From: Bacilli bacterium | GTDB lineage: Bacteria; Bacillota_I; Bacilli_A; RF39; UBA660 | DNA length: 64,000 bases | Reading direction: 5' to 3' | Assembly (NCBI GenBank): GCA_017409025.1 | Contig: JAFQTN010000002.1 | Span: forward strand, 112,185 to 176,184 | Shown here: positions 40,928-50,350 of the stretch, piece after piece | How the letters are laid out: the number at the start of each line of letters is the position of its first letter | Numbering within the stretch: position 1 is the first letter of the stretch | Notes under the pieces: generated by a model | The model's database searches: none | The model's input: the letters and a program-made list of their open reading frames with translations, nothing else | Told to the model about the DNA's origin: nothing | Made by a program: the position numbers and the translations under genes

Positions 40928-41220
40928 TATTTAAATAATTTTCCTAAAAAAGATTCTTCTTTATTTTTTTTAACCCCAGTATCCGTATAAATAATACTAT
41001 CTACCCGTCCTTTAATAGAAACATTTCCTTGATAAGTATCTAGTTTAATTATTTCAAGTCCTTCCCCTTTTATACTCAAAAAGCCCAATGTCGTATCCAT
41101 CAAAAACTCTTCATTATCAAAACTCTCTATTTTTTTTACACCAGTAACTACTACATTTTTTCTCTCGGCTAAACTTATACCATGATTAAAAGTAGCTTCT
41201 ATTTCCTTTACCTTGTCCAT
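40927..41220 (-). CDS. yabP: Sporulation protein YabP
   Basis: VVVTGVKKIESFDNEEF...LSIKGEGLEIIKLD pattern. Confidence 0.8.
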   Translation of the reverse strand: MDKVKEIEATFNHGISLAERKNVVVTGVKKIESFDNEEFLMDTTLGFLSIKGEGLEIIKLDTYQGNVSIKGRVDSIIYTDTGVKKNKEESFLGKLFK

Positions 41221-41297
41221 ATTATCACCTACTTAAATCTATGCGATAAATAATATTTTAGAACAAGAAAAAAACTCCTAAATGGAGTTAATTTTAT

Positions 41298-41555
41298 TTA
41301 TTCAGCTGTTTCGTAAGCTTCAATAATTTCTTTTTCAAATACTTGACGAGTTTCTGAATTTATAGGATGAGCTATATCTCTATATCCACCAGTAGATGTT
41401 TGTCTACTTGGCATTGCTATAAATAATCCATTATCGCCCTCAATGATTCTAATATCATGAACTGCAAAACATTCATCAAGTACTACTGAAGCAATTCCTT
41501 TCATTCTTGAATTTTCTTTTTCAATTTTTTTCACTGTAACTGAAGTAATTTTCAT
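41298..41555 (-). CDS. spoVG: Septation/sporulation regulator SpoVG
   Basis: [11 protein letters not shown]...[21 protein letters not shown]...DIAHPIN. Confidence 0.95.
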   Translation of the reverse strand: MKITSVTVKKIEKENSRMKGIASVVLDECFAVHDIRIIEGDNGLFIAMPSRQTSTGGYRDIAHPINSETRQVFEKEIIEAYETAE

Positions 41556-41642
41556 TATGCTTACACTCCTCTTCTAGAAAATAACATTTTCTATTTACAT
41601 TTTAATCCATTTTATACATAAAAGTCAAGTAAAATACCATAA

Positions 41643-41855
41643 TTATATACATATTTGAATCGTTTTAGTCAATACATCAATATAACTAAAACTCTTAACC
41701 TCTCCATTATATAATCTTATTGTAAATATATTAGTATATAACTTACACAAAACTCCCCTATATACTTCTTTTCTATTTCTACTGCCATAATACATTACTA
41801 CTATCGAAGATCCTATCTTAGTCTTTAAATAATTTCTAATATTTTTTATATTCAT
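41643..41855 (-). CDS. veg: Veg-family protein (DUF1021)
   Basis: 70 aa. Pattern GSRNRKEVYRGVL...FSYIDVLT. Located between yabG and spoVG as in Bacillus. Confidence 0.7.
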   Translation of the reverse strand: MNIKNIRNYLKTKIGSSIVVMYYGSRNRKEVYRGVLCKLYTNIFTIRLYNGEVKSFSYIDVLTKTIQICI

Positions 41856-42625
41856 TATCTTGGATACCCTATATACATAGATCCCTTAGTTATAATACCA
41901 CCCATACCATCAGAACCATATTTAGTTTTATCTAATATTTTAATTATATCTATATTATTATTCTTATCAGAAAAAGACAGACAAGAAGCTACAATCGCAG
42001 GATCTAAAGCATGTATATTAATTCTTTTAGGACTAGATGCAAAATTCGCACCAGCTTTAATTAAATCTTCATAATTAGATTGACATGCACCCGCTATTAT
42101 AAATAGTTTATCATGAGATTTTTCATATTTTCTAGCTTCTATTACAGCATTAACAAAACTTGATGTGTTTTTGTATTTATTTCTTTTAGCACGAGAAAAA
42201 GAATCATGACCTGTTAACACCAATATATCTGGATTATATTTTTTAAGCAATTCATATACTTGACTAGACATTTCTGTTTCATTCATAAACATTCCATATG
42301 CTTTTATTTTACTTTTTTTATAAAAGGACATACACTTATCTAAATACTCTCTATCACCATCTATATGTAAAATTCTACCAGGCAAATAAAAATATTCATT
42401 TCTATTTAAATCCCTATATTCATCAATAGATGGCATAAACTTATCCTTTTCTTCATAATCATCACATAATACTAAATCATCCTTATAACTATCAGCATAT
42501 AATCTAATACATACTCCCTTTAAATAATATATATCCTTTTCAATGCCAATAATTTTAAAAACAATATCATTATCATATGAATTTCTAGTTACATAATCAC
42601 CTATATTAAACATACATTCACCCAT
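41855..42625 (-). CDS. yabG: Sporulation peptidase YabG (U57)
   Basis: N-terminal GDYVTR...IVFKI SH3-like region, LVLTGHD, GACQSNYE motifs. Start may be M5. Confidence 0.8.
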   Translation of the reverse strand: MGECMFNIGDYVTRNSYDNDIVFKIIGIEKDIYYLKGVCIRLYADSYKDDLVLCDDYEEKDKFMPSIDEYRDLNRNEYFYLPGRILHIDGDREYLDKCMSFYKKSKIKAYGMFMNETEMSSQVYELLKKYNPDILVLTGHDSFSRAKRNKYKNTSSFVNAVIEARKYEKSHDKLFIIAGACQSNYEDLIKAGANFASSPKRINIHALDPAIVASCLSFSDKNNNIDIIKILDKTKYGSDGMGGIITKGSMYIGYPR

Positions 42626-42665
42626 ATAATTATATGTTTATAAAAAGAAAAAATAACCCTAAAGG

Positions 42666-43454
42666 TTATTTAGAAAGACTATTAGCAATATCTACAAACA
42701 AAGATATAGGTATTATCTCTGCTCTATCACTTAAACTATATTTATTTTTATTTAATATATCTTCTATCCTAGTTAAATCATACCCTTTTAAGTTATTTCT
42801 TAAATTCTTTCTCTTAAATTTAAAAGCATCTTTAATAAATTTATCAAAGAAAACAATATCTTTTATATCATACTTATCATGTTTATCAAGAGAGATTACC
42901 GCACTATCAACATTTGGCGCAGGAGTAAAACAATTTCTACTTACTCTAAATAATTTCTTTATATCATATTTACTCCCTAAAGAAACCGTAATCATTGCAT
43001 ATTCTTTGCTTCCTACTGTTGCACATAATCTATCAGCAACTTCCTCTTGTATCATTATCACTATCTTATCAGGATTAATCTCCTCAATTAACTTAGTTAT
43101 AATTGGAGTAGTAATGTAATAAGGTAAATTAGCAACAACATATATTTTTTTATAATTAAATTTACTTATATCCTCTTTCACATTTTGTTCTAATACATCA
43201 TTATATATAATTTCATAATTATCATTTCCACTAAGTGTATTATTTAATATTTCCTTAAGTCTAGTATCTATTTCATATAAAACAGTATACCCAGATAATG
43301 GAATTATTTTTTTAGATAAAACACCTGCACCAGGACCAACTTCAATTACTAAAGTATCTTTATCTACTGTTGCATATTTTACTATTTTATCTATAATATT
43401 TTCATCATTTATAAAATTTTGACCTAAAGATTTCTTAAATTCAAAATTAATCAT
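42666..43454 (-). CDS. rsmA: 16S rRNA (adenine1518/1519-N6)-dimethyltransferase
   Basis: KKSLGQNFI, VIEVGPGAGVLS, ANLPYYITTPI. Confidence 0.95.
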   Translation of the reverse strand: MINFEFKKSLGQNFINDENIIDKIVKYATVDKDTLVIEVGPGAGVLSKKIIPLSGYTVLYEIDTRLKEILNNTLSGNDNYEIIYNDVLEQNVKEDISKFNYKKIYVVANLPYYITTPIITKLIEEINPDKIVIMIQEEVADRLCATVGSKEYAMITVSLGSKYDIKKLFRVSRNCFTPAPNVDSAVISLDKHDKYDIKDIVFFDKFIKDAFKFKRKNLRNNLKGYDLTRIEDILNKNKYSLSDRAEIIPISLFVDIANSLSK

Positions 43455-43521
43455 ACTTATCCCTCATACTAATATTTTATAAAGTATCTAAATTTATGTC
43501 AAGAAAAAAGAGCCAAGGCTC

Positions 43522-44283
43522 TTAATTATAACCGTATCTATTTCCACCATCAACGATGTACTTATCACTATAATTAGTAAGATATCCTGCTCTAAAACCT
43601 AAATAACTATTATTTCTAATACCGTTCATACCATCTATTAAAGCTTGTTTAGCTACTTCATATTTTTCACTACCATATCTACTTCCACCAGGCATATAAG
43701 GTAAATAATAATCTCTAAAATATACTTCAAACTGACCAGGAGCAATAACCTGAGTATATGGAGAACTTCCTGCCCATTTAGCCCAAGTTTTACTATCACA
43801 TCTATTTAATATAACAGAAACAACCGCTAAAGCATCATTTAAATTCTTATCATATTCTCCAGCCACAACAGCTACTACAACATCAAATTCATAACCAGAT
43901 AAATCATACTCTTTATTACCTTCAGTTACTTTAAATCCTTTTTCTTCTCTACTACTATATTTACTAGCATCGACTGAAACTAAAGGAGTACTTTCTGGTT
44001 CTTCTTCCTTTTTGTTTTCTTCTAAAGTTTTTATATCTTCTTCTATTATATCTAAAGAAGGTAACTCTTCTAAAACTAAATCTTCTATTTCATTCTGCAC
44101 AGGAATTATTTCTTCCTCAAATAAAATAGATACAGAAGTAGCAATTTTATTTAAATTCTCATTATGAATTATATTTACGTATTTTTGAACTTTAATATCA
44201 TTACTAAAGATTGTCACGAAAAATAGTCCCACTATCGATAATTGACTAGCAATTACTATCAAGTTAGATACTTTTCTCCTCAT
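43522..44283 (-). CDS. Membrane-anchored cell-wall hydrolase (SleB/CwlJ-type domain)
   Basis: N-terminal TM. C-terminal AVVSVILNRCDS...VIAPGQFEVY motif of the SleB hydrolase family. Confidence 0.7.
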   Translation of the reverse strand: MRRKVSNLIVIASQLSIVGLFFVTIFSNDIKVQKYVNIIHNENLNKIATSVSILFEEEIIPVQNEIEDLVLEELPSLDIIEEDIKTLEENKKEEEPESTPLVSVDASKYSSREEKGFKVTEGNKEYDLSGYEFDVVVAVVAGEYDKNLNDALAVVSVILNRCDSKTWAKWAGSSPYTQVIAPGQFEVYFRDYYLPYMPGGSRYGSEKYEVAKQALIDGMNGIRNNSYLGFRAGYLTNYSDKYIVDGGNRYGYN

Positions 44284-44336
44284 AAATAATCACCTCAAAA
44301 TTTTATCTCGGTAATACCATTCTAGCATAATACACA

Positions 44337-45089
44337 CTAAAAGTCAAATATCCCACTAGCATTAGCAGTAGTAGTCTTTTCTACCACTTCAACATCTATT
44401 TCCTTAATCTCAGCAATTTTATTTGCAATTAAAGGAATATAACTAGAATCATTTTGTTCTCCTCTATAAGGTTCTGGAGTCAAATATGGTGAATCTGTTT
44501 CTAACAATATATATTCTAGATCAATATTTTTTATTACATTAACTATATTCTTAGCATTTTTAAAAGTAACCACACCACCTACGCCAATTAAATAACCAAG
44601 TTTTATAAATTCACGAGCCATTTCTAAACTACTTCCAAAACAATGAAGACTTCCCTTTAAATTATATTCTTTTAATATATTATAAGTGTCTTGTATAGCA
44701 TCTCTGCTGTGAACAATAATTGGTTTATTATATTTCTTAGCAATTTCTAATTGTTTCTTAAAAGCATAATTTTGCTTATTTTTATCAGTATTATCATAAT
44801 GATAATCTAATCCAATTTCTCCTAAAGCAACAATTTTATCATCATTAATATGTTCTTCAAGCCACTCTAGATCACTTTCTTTAAATGTATCTAATTCCGT
44901 CGGATGAAACCCAATAGCACCATAAACAATATCATATTTTTTTGTCAATTCTAAAACTTCTTTAGAACTTTCAATAGAGCATCCATTAACAATTATCTTA
45001 TTAACCCCGCTCTTTCTTATTTTATCAATTAAAAAAGGAATATCATTATAATCATTCCTTGACATATGACAATGTGTATCTATATACAT
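44337..45089 (-). CDS. tatD: TatD-family metal-dependent DNase/hydrolase
   Basis: YIDTHCHM, GEIGLDYHY, HSRDA, ETDSPYL. Start taken at M13. Confidence 0.9.
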   Translation of the reverse strand: MYIDTHCHMSRNDYNDIPFLIDKIRKSGVNKIIVNGCSIESSKEVLELTKKYDIVYGAIGFHPTELDTFKESDLEWLEEHINDDKIVALGEIGLDYHYDNTDKNKQNYAFKKQLEIAKKYNKPIIVHSRDAIQDTYNILKEYNLKGSLHCFGSSLEMAREFIKLGYLIGVGGVVTFKNAKNIVNVIKNIDLEYILLETDSPYLTPEPYRGEQNDSSYIPLIANKIAEIKEIDVEVVEKTTTANASGIFDF

Positions 45090-45102
45090 ATTAAGCACCA
45101 CC

Positions 45103-45270
45103 CTATTTTTTACTCTTATTAACAATAAGAATAAATTTTAAACACGAACTTAGAACTACAACTAAATATATAATATTTACTATATCAATATGAGAATACA
45201 TACTAGTAATAACTACTAATAATAGTAAAACAAAATATATAAAAAATGCTGCTTCTCCATGTTTTTTCAT
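45103..45270 (-). CDS. Possible 55-aa two-TM membrane peptide
   Basis: Hydrophobic ORF filling the gap upstream of tatD. Weak RBS, no homology recognised. Confidence 0.3.
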   Translation of the reverse strand: MKKHGEAAFFIYFVLLLLVVITSMYSHIDIVNIIYLVVVLSSCLKFILIVNKSKK

Positions 45271-45391
45271 TTGTATTGCTTCCATCCTTTCCGAACTGCA
45301 ACACTACAATACCAAATATATCAAACAAATAACTATCTGTAAATAACAAACAACATATTTTTACAGTATTTGACAAAAAAAGAAGCAAATA

Positions 45392-46045
45392 TTATACGCT
45401 TCTAGCATTTTTATTTTTTTCAATCAATGAATCAGATAATTCCCTTTCAAACATTTTGTAAAATATTAAATAATTTTCCAATTCACCCTCTTTTTGAACC
45501 AATTCACTAAATTCCGATTCTAATTGTTCAAACATTTCTGATTCAGTTTTACCTAAAGAATCAGCCATAGACTTTAGTTCACTAGGATTAGTAGCCAATT
45601 CATAATTTTTTAAACGATTTAAATTTAGTTGATCCTTTTGTGAAGAAATTGAAAGTATCCTATTATTTAATTGTTCTAGCATTTCTTGATTTTCTACAAC
45701 ACCATAACTTTTTATTCTTTTAGAAATCATACTACCAACATATGAATACCAACTACCAAGTATTTGAGAATAAAGTTCTAATTTTTCTATTTTTTTACCA
45801 TTTGAAGATAATAAAACTTGTAAACCCAATTCATCATACAAAGAATTTTTATCAATTAAATTATGTATGTCATAATTATTTTGACGTCTTTTAGTTTCAA
45901 TTTCGATATATAAACTAATTAAATCAAAAAAGTTCATCTTTTCCAACAAGTGAGTAATTACATTACTAAATTGTTTTTTTATTTCATCATCAAGCTGAGC
46001 ATAATTCATAGAATATATATCTATCATATTCATTGTGCGACTCAT
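45392..46045 (-). CDS. Hypothetical 217-aa all-helical protein, divergent from the XRE regulator
   Basis: Good aggagg RBS. No recognisable motif. Confidence 0.5.
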   Translation of the reverse strand: MSRTMNMIDIYSMNYAQLDDEIKKQFSNVITHLLEKMNFFDLISLYIEIETKRRQNNYDIHNLIDKNSLYDELGLQVLLSSNGKKIEKLELYSQILGSWYSYVGSMISKRIKSYGVVENQEMLEQLNNRILSISSQKDQLNLNRLKNYELATNPSELKSMADSLGKTESEMFEQLESEFSELVQKEGELENYLIFYKMFERELSDSLIEKNKNARSV

Positions 46046-46074
46046 AAATAAACCTCCTACACATAGAGTATATC

Positions 46075-46109
46075 ATGATTAATTATCATTGTCAATGATA
46101 ATTAATCAT
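46075..46109. promoter_or_regulatory. 35-bp perfect palindrome (17-1-17), candidate XRE operator
   Basis: atgattaattatcattg-t-caatgataattaatcat in the divergent intergenic region between 45392..46045 and 46170..46445. Confidence 0.6.
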
Positions 46110-46169
46110 TTACAATAGATGGATAATTATTTCTAATAATGGGAAAATATTATTAGGAGTGATTAAATT

Positions 46170-46445
46170 ATGAATGACGAAGAACTTTTTAATATAATAG
46201 GCAAAAATGTAAAATACTATAGACAACTATACAATTTAAATCACGAAAAGCTTACGCAAGAACAATTAGCAGAAAAAATAAATGTATCAACGGCATTAAT
46301 AGGTAATCTAGAAAGTAACAAAATCAACCAAGGAATAAGTGTTACTACACTTTATAGATTAAGCCAAGTGTTAGATGTTCCAATAGATAACTTTTTCAAA
46401 CTACCTCCAAAATATTTAGAAGAAAATAGAAAACATAAAAAATAG
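46170..46445 (+). CDS. XRE-family helix-turn-helix transcriptional regulator
   Basis: LTQEQLAEKINVSTALIGNLES HTH_3 pattern. Confidence 0.85.
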   Translation: MNDEELFNIIGKNVKYYRQLYNLNHEKLTQEQLAEKINVSTALIGNLESNKINQGISVTTLYRLSQVLDVPIDNFFKLPPKYLEENRKHKK

Positions 46446-46475
46446 CCAAGAAATTTAATTCTTGACTATTTTTTA

Positions 46476-48014
46476 TTATTCTTTATCAATTCTTTTAAAT
46501 AATACTACTGCTTCGTTTACTTTTGTACCACTTACATATCCACCAAATTCTGATACTTTTTCATAGTTTGTTAAATTAGTATTAATTTGCTTAAATATAC
46601 TATTTGCAGTCTCTGGTAAATATGAACTTAAATATACAGTAGCTATTCTAATTGATTCAACTATATTATATAAAACTGTAGCAAGCCTATCTCTCTTAGT
46701 TTCATCTTTAGCAAGTACCCAAGGCATAGTCTCATCAATATACTTATTACATCTACGATATATATCTAATACATTTTCTAAGGAATCAGCAATTCTAAAC
46801 CTATCCATATTTTCTTCTACTTTATCTTTCGTAGATAATACCAAATCTATTAGTTCTTTATCAATTTCTTCAGTTACATTCTTATTTTCAACAATACCAT
46901 CAAAATATTTATTAGCCATACCTATTGTTCTATTAACTAAATTGCCTATAACATTAGCTAAATTAGTATTAACGGCATCTATAAGTAAATCTTCAGTATA
47001 AGTACCATCTGATGCATAAGGCATTTCATGAATCATATAAAATCTAACTGCATCTACACCATATTTTTCTACTAAATCATCAGCATAAACAATATTTCCT
47101 TTTGATTTACTCATCTTGTCACTACCAAAAAGTAGCCACGGATGACCAAAAATATGTTCTGGCATTTCAACGCCTAAACAATGTAACATAATAGGCCAAT
47201 ATATTGTATGAAACCTAAGTATATCTTTTCCAATCAAATGCAAATTAGCTGGCCAATATTTTTTGAATTCTTCTTTACTTTCATTATCTGGATCATATCC
47301 CAAGAAAGTAATATAATTTGATAATGCATCTATCCAAACATAGACAACATGATCATCATTAAAACTAACAGGAACTCCCCATTTAAAACTAGTTCTAGAT
47401 ACACACAAATCTTGAAGACCTGGCTTAATAAAATTATTCATAATTTCATTTTTTCTAGATTCTGGTTCAATAAATCTAGGATGACTTTCAATATATTCTT
47501 CTAACCATTTAGAATATTTACTCATTTTAAAGAAATATGCTTCCTCTTTTGCTTCTGTTACTTCCCTACCACAGTCAGGACATTTTCCATCTACTAATTG
47601 ACTATCAGTCCAGAATGATTCACAAGGAGTACAATATAATCCTTTATATTCACCAAGATAAATATCTCCTTGATCATATAATTTCTTAAATATCTTTTGT
47701 ACTATTTCCTTATGATGAGTATCCGTAGTTCTAACAAATCTATCATAACTAGTATTCATTACATCCCAAATCTCTTTAATCACTGAAGTCTTATCATCCA
47801 CATATTCTTGTGGCTTAACTCCTTCAGCTAACGCTTTTTCTTCAATTTTTTGACCATGTTCATCAGTACCTGTTTGAAAATATACATCATATCCACACAA
47901 TCTCTTATATCTAGCAATAACATCAGCAAGTACTATTTCATAAGTATTTCCTATATGTGGTTTACTTGATGCATACGCAATTGCAGTACTTATATAATAT
48001 TTCTTATTACACAT
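46476..48014 (-). CDS. metG: Methionyl-tRNA synthetase (short form)
   Basis: YASSKPHIGNTYE (HIGH), KMSKSKGN (KMSKS), zinc knuckle CPDCG. Start at M7 behind aggggag. Confidence 0.97.
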   Translation of the reverse strand: MCNKKYYISTAIAYASSKPHIGNTYEIVLADVIARYKRLCGYDVYFQTGTDEHGQKIEEKALAEGVKPQEYVDDKTSVIKEIWDVMNTSYDRFVRTTDTHHKEIVQKIFKKLYDQGDIYLGEYKGLYCTPCESFWTDSQLVDGKCPDCGREVTEAKEEAYFFKMSKYSKWLEEYIESHPRFIEPESRKNEIMNNFIKPGLQDLCVSRTSFKWGVPVSFNDDHVVYVWIDALSNYITFLGYDPDNESKEEFKKYWPANLHLIGKDILRFHTIYWPIMLHCLGVEMPEHIFGHPWLLFGSDKMSKSKGNIVYADDLVEKYGVDAVRFYMIHEMPYASDGTYTEDLLIDAVNTNLANVIGNLVNRTIGMANKYFDGIVENKNVTEEIDKELIDLVLSTKDKVEENMDRFRIADSLENVLDIYRRCNKYIDETMPWVLAKDETKRDRLATVLYNIVESIRIATVYLSSYLPETANSIFKQINTNLTNYEKVSEFGGYVSGTKVNEAVVLFKRIDKE

Positions 48015-48039
48015 ATCTATCTCCCCTTTCATAAGAAAT

Positions 48040-48265
48040 TAAAAAATAAGATAGTATTAAGGACGACATAAGCCGCGGTACCACCTTATTTTATAATCAT
48101 ATTTTATAATTATACACTCAAAGTTATAACGTAACTACCGTCTATACCTATTAGATATAAAAGCTCCAGAACCATTTATAATAGCCTTCTTTATCTATTT
48201 ACACCAACCATAGACTCTCTATAAAATACTAACTATTACTCTTTCCTTCATTGCTTATGTCAACA
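48040..48265 (-). promoter_or_regulatory. T-box leader (Met specifier candidate) upstream of metG
   Basis: Minus strand AAUAAGGUGGUACCGCGG (48074..48085 holds the GGTGGTACCGCG T-box core). Upstream AGAGAG and a UCUAUGG candidate AUG specifier. U-run before the RBS. Confidence 0.7.
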
Positions 48266-48327
48266 ATTCTAACATATAATTATCTATAATTCAACTAATT
48301 TTTATCAAAATCAAAAATAAATTTTAA

Positions 48328-48783
48328 TTAATTATCAATAGAACTTTTGTTAAAATCGATTTTTTCAAACAATTCCACAAACATTTCGTCTGCAATAAAA
48401 GAAATAACAGGTGATTCATCTTCTTCCATTGTTTCACCATAAAAATCATACTTAATTTTACCTAATCTTTTATGATCAAAATATTTTTCAGGAACATGAT
48501 ATAAATCTGTTTTAAAATAATATTTTCCATTTTCAAGTTTTCCATAATGTACATTGTATAATTCGATAAGCCCTAACCCTACGCAATCAATTGCATCATT
48601 CAAATCAAATGCTAGTCTTGAATCAACATCACTATTTATTAATACATTTCTAAAAGTTATTCTACATAAAAGAGTGTTAGTAATATTCTTAAACATCAAA
48701 ACGGCTTCACTTCCGCCTTTTGAGAACCCAATAACTTGAGATTCATAATCAAAATCAAAATTATCTAATAAATTTAAATTCAT
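48328..48783 (-). CDS. Hypothetical 151-aa acidic cytoplasmic protein
   Basis: Start at M32 of the ORF behind gggagga. No recognisable motif. Follows the kinase-fold gene after a 97-nt gap. Confidence 0.5.
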   Translation of the reverse strand: MNLNLLDNFDFDYESQVIGFSKGGSEAVLMFKNITNTLLCRITFRNVLINSDVDSRLAFDLNDAIDCVGLGLIELYNVHYGKLENGKYYFKTDLYHVPEKYFDHKRLGKIKYDFYGETMEEDESPVISFIADEMFVELFEKIDFNKSSIDN

Positions 48784-48880
48784 AATAATCCTCCCAAAAA
48801 CAAAATTATTATAATTATTAAAACAAAGTTTGTCAATGATAACAAATTTTAAATTACCATCTGCAGATCGATACATCTGT

Positions 48881-49624
48881 TTATAATTCTCTTATATACC
48901 TAGGGATTTTTCTTCTTATCCTAACCATACTCTTTTTAGCTTCCGATAATTTTGATATTTCATGCCCTTCATTTTCTGATAATGCTTTTCTAAATTCTCT
49001 TAAAAATAAAACTGCTGAAGCATCAGGATCATTATACATTTCACATAAAAATTTATTTCTACTTACAAATTTATCAAAATACTCATCTATTAAAAACAAT
49101 CTTATTTCATGATAAAATCTATCCTTATTCATAGCAAATAATTTATCACTATCAATATTTGTTTTAGAATAATCTAATGTATCTATAACCTTAAATCCAT
49201 CTTTCCCATATAAAATATTATACGTAACATCAAAAGAAAGCACTCCATTATCAGATATTGTCTTAATATCAGGTAATGTTATCTCTAATGATCTCTCAAA
49301 CAAACTTAAATCAACAGTTAATGGATCTGTTTTATATAGTGACATTGATGGAGCATAATCAGTAATATATCCAACTACTATTTCACCAACCATAATAACA
49401 TCCGTAGGAAAAATATATGTATTATTAACTATATCACTAAATTGAAGTATATCGTCTTTATAGTATGGTGTTATTTCATCATCATCTTCTTCTATATACT
49501 GAAGAAATATCTTATATACCTTATTACCAATTTTATAGCATCTACCCTGTCCACCTTCAGATAAATAAGCACAATCACAAAAATCTAGCCATTCTTTTAA
49601 TTCTTTCATTGATTTAAATACCAT
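48881..49624 (-). CDS. Small protein-kinase-like-fold protein (247 aa)
   Basis: Gly-rich loop plus Lys: SEGGQGRCYKIGNKVYKIF. Catalytic-loop-like FDVTYNIL and metal-binding-like KVIDTLDY. Confidence 0.45.
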   Translation of the reverse strand: MVFKSMKELKEWLDFCDCAYLSEGGQGRCYKIGNKVYKIFLQYIEEDDDEITPYYKDDILQFSDIVNNTYIFPTDVIMVGEIVVGYITDYAPSMSLYKTDPLTVDLSLFERSLEITLPDIKTISDNGVLSFDVTYNILYGKDGFKVIDTLDYSKTNIDSDKLFAMNKDRFYHEIRLFLIDEYFDKFVSRNKFLCEMYNDPDASAVLFLREFRKALSENEGHEISKLSEAKKSMVRIRRKIPRYIREL

Positions 49625-49714
49625 TTTTATTCCCCCAAAAAAGTGAACTTATTGTAAATTATTATAATTTAATTGTCAAGAAAAAACACTTATATATTAT
49701 AAAGTGTCTTCCAA

Positions 49715-50242
49715 TCAAACAAAATAATTACTTAAAATATTAGCAAGTATTGAACCTAATTTTTCTTCTTGTTCTAACATCGGCGTATCCAAAGAAAGTA
49801 TAATAACAGAACCTATTGAATCTCCATTATTAATAATCGTAGCTACAGTATAATATCCAAACTCAGACATACCAGGACTAATCTCTATATTTTTCTTTTT
49901 CCTTTCTACAAAATTATCTCTTCTTTCAATCATTCTTTCGATTTCTTCACTAATGCCATTATTAATATACTTCTTTTTTAAATTACCACCAACAGCTACT
50001 ATCTTATCCGTATCAGTAATAATTACATTATATTTTAATACTTGATAAAAAGATTCCGCATACATACTAGCCATATGTTCCAAATTCTCAATCTGAGAAT
50101 ATTTCTTTAAAGTAATATTTTCTCCTTCAACTAATATTTCTAAATTATCTCCATTCTTTATTCTCAAATTCTTTCTTATTTCTTTAGGAATAACAATTCT
50201 TCCTAGTTCATCTATTCTTCTTATAATTCCAGTTGTAGTCAT
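49715..50242 (-). CDS. spoVT: Stage V sporulation regulator SpoVT (AbrB-type N-domain plus GAF-like C-domain)
   Basis: TGIIRRIDELGRIVIPKEIRKNLRIKNGDNLEI SpoVT-AbrB domain. ~175 aa. Located next to mfd as in Bacillus. Confidence 0.85.
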   Translation of the reverse strand: MTTTGIIRRIDELGRIVIPKEIRKNLRIKNGDNLEILVEGENITLKKYSQIENLEHMASMYAESFYQVLKYNVIITDTDKIVAVGGNLKKKYINNGISEEIERMIERRDNFVERKKKNIEISPGMSEFGYYTVATIINNGDSIGSVIILSLDTPMLEQEEKLGSILANILSNYFV

Positions 50243-50350
50243 ATTTCCTCCATTCATAATAATATTTTGAAGAAATTTTGGTAAAATATACTACAAACTA
50301 TCAAATAAAAAAAGAATTTAACTATTAAGTATAATATACTTATAATCAAA

